Shown in pieces: positions 63,801-64,000 of a stretch of DNA of 64,000 nt (position 1 is its first letter; every line of letters begins with the position of its first letter). The stretch covers positions 2,232,001 to 2,296,000 of the forward strand of contig CM074806.1 of NCBI GenBank assembly GCA_037447605.1, in the 5' to 3' direction. The position numbers and the translations under genes were made by a program. The stretch is from Zygnema circumcarinatum SAG 698-1b. Taxonomy: Eukaryota; Plantae; Zygnematophyceae. The notes below the pieces were generated by a model. The model was not told the DNA's origin. It did no database searches and saw only the letters and a program-made list of their open reading frames with translations.

Positions 63801-64000
63801 CTTTCTCGCGGAGATAGTGCTGAATCTAAACACTTCGCTGAGCCCTCTGCTGCAGCTGCTTCCAGACGCTCCTCCAGTTGCTGCCTAAGTGGTGGACTGC
63901 CGTCCTTAAGAACGTCAGAACCATTCTCTTTACTGTTCGTAAGGATGACTGCGTTACTACTCCCAATGGCGTCATCCAAACTTCCAGGCACATCTCCAGA
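60881..64000 (-). CDS. Unknown, largely disordered acidic protein with a C-terminal coiled coil; 5' partial
   Basis: Open frame of more than 750 codons running off the window end, rich in D/E/S/K/G. Coiled coil EREVVELRNALDQQLAKNAEMKRKLL. Probable further exons near 61508-61438 and 61260-60881. Confidence 0.7.

Overview
Gene-dense eukaryotic nuclear DNA with GT-AG introns, mostly 100-900 bp. The gene set is green-plant type (plant U2 snRNA, ENF2, SAD2, UBL-PI4K-gamma, J-domain/DUF3444). Density and intron style suggest a compact streptophyte alga or bryophyte; that taxon call is inference. I can support 11 protein-coding genes: filamin-CCCH-RRM-RS splicing factor (partial), PI4K-gamma, mitochondrial ATP synthase epsilon, ENF2-like polyamine-binding protein, secreted DNase II, an orphan single-pass membrane protein, J-domain/DUF3444, VDAC, importin SAD2, a bacterial-type HAD-IB phosphatase and an unknown acidic protein (partial). 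There is also one U2 snRNA gene. Two accessory islands hold non-autonomous elements. The 11.3-14.2 kb island has a 1-kb foldback with a perfect 8-bp TSD, a TA-flanked MITE and a palindrome. The 35.7-39.9 kb island has a 2.5-kb satellite of 27-bp hairpin units with a duplicated captured segment, a second GG-ended MITE and two speculative ncRNA candidates, one telomerase-RNA-like. The most interesting items are the DNase II, the hairpin satellite, the GG/8-bp-TSD elements and the HAD-IB. All coordinates and exon joins were read by eye, and no database searches were run.
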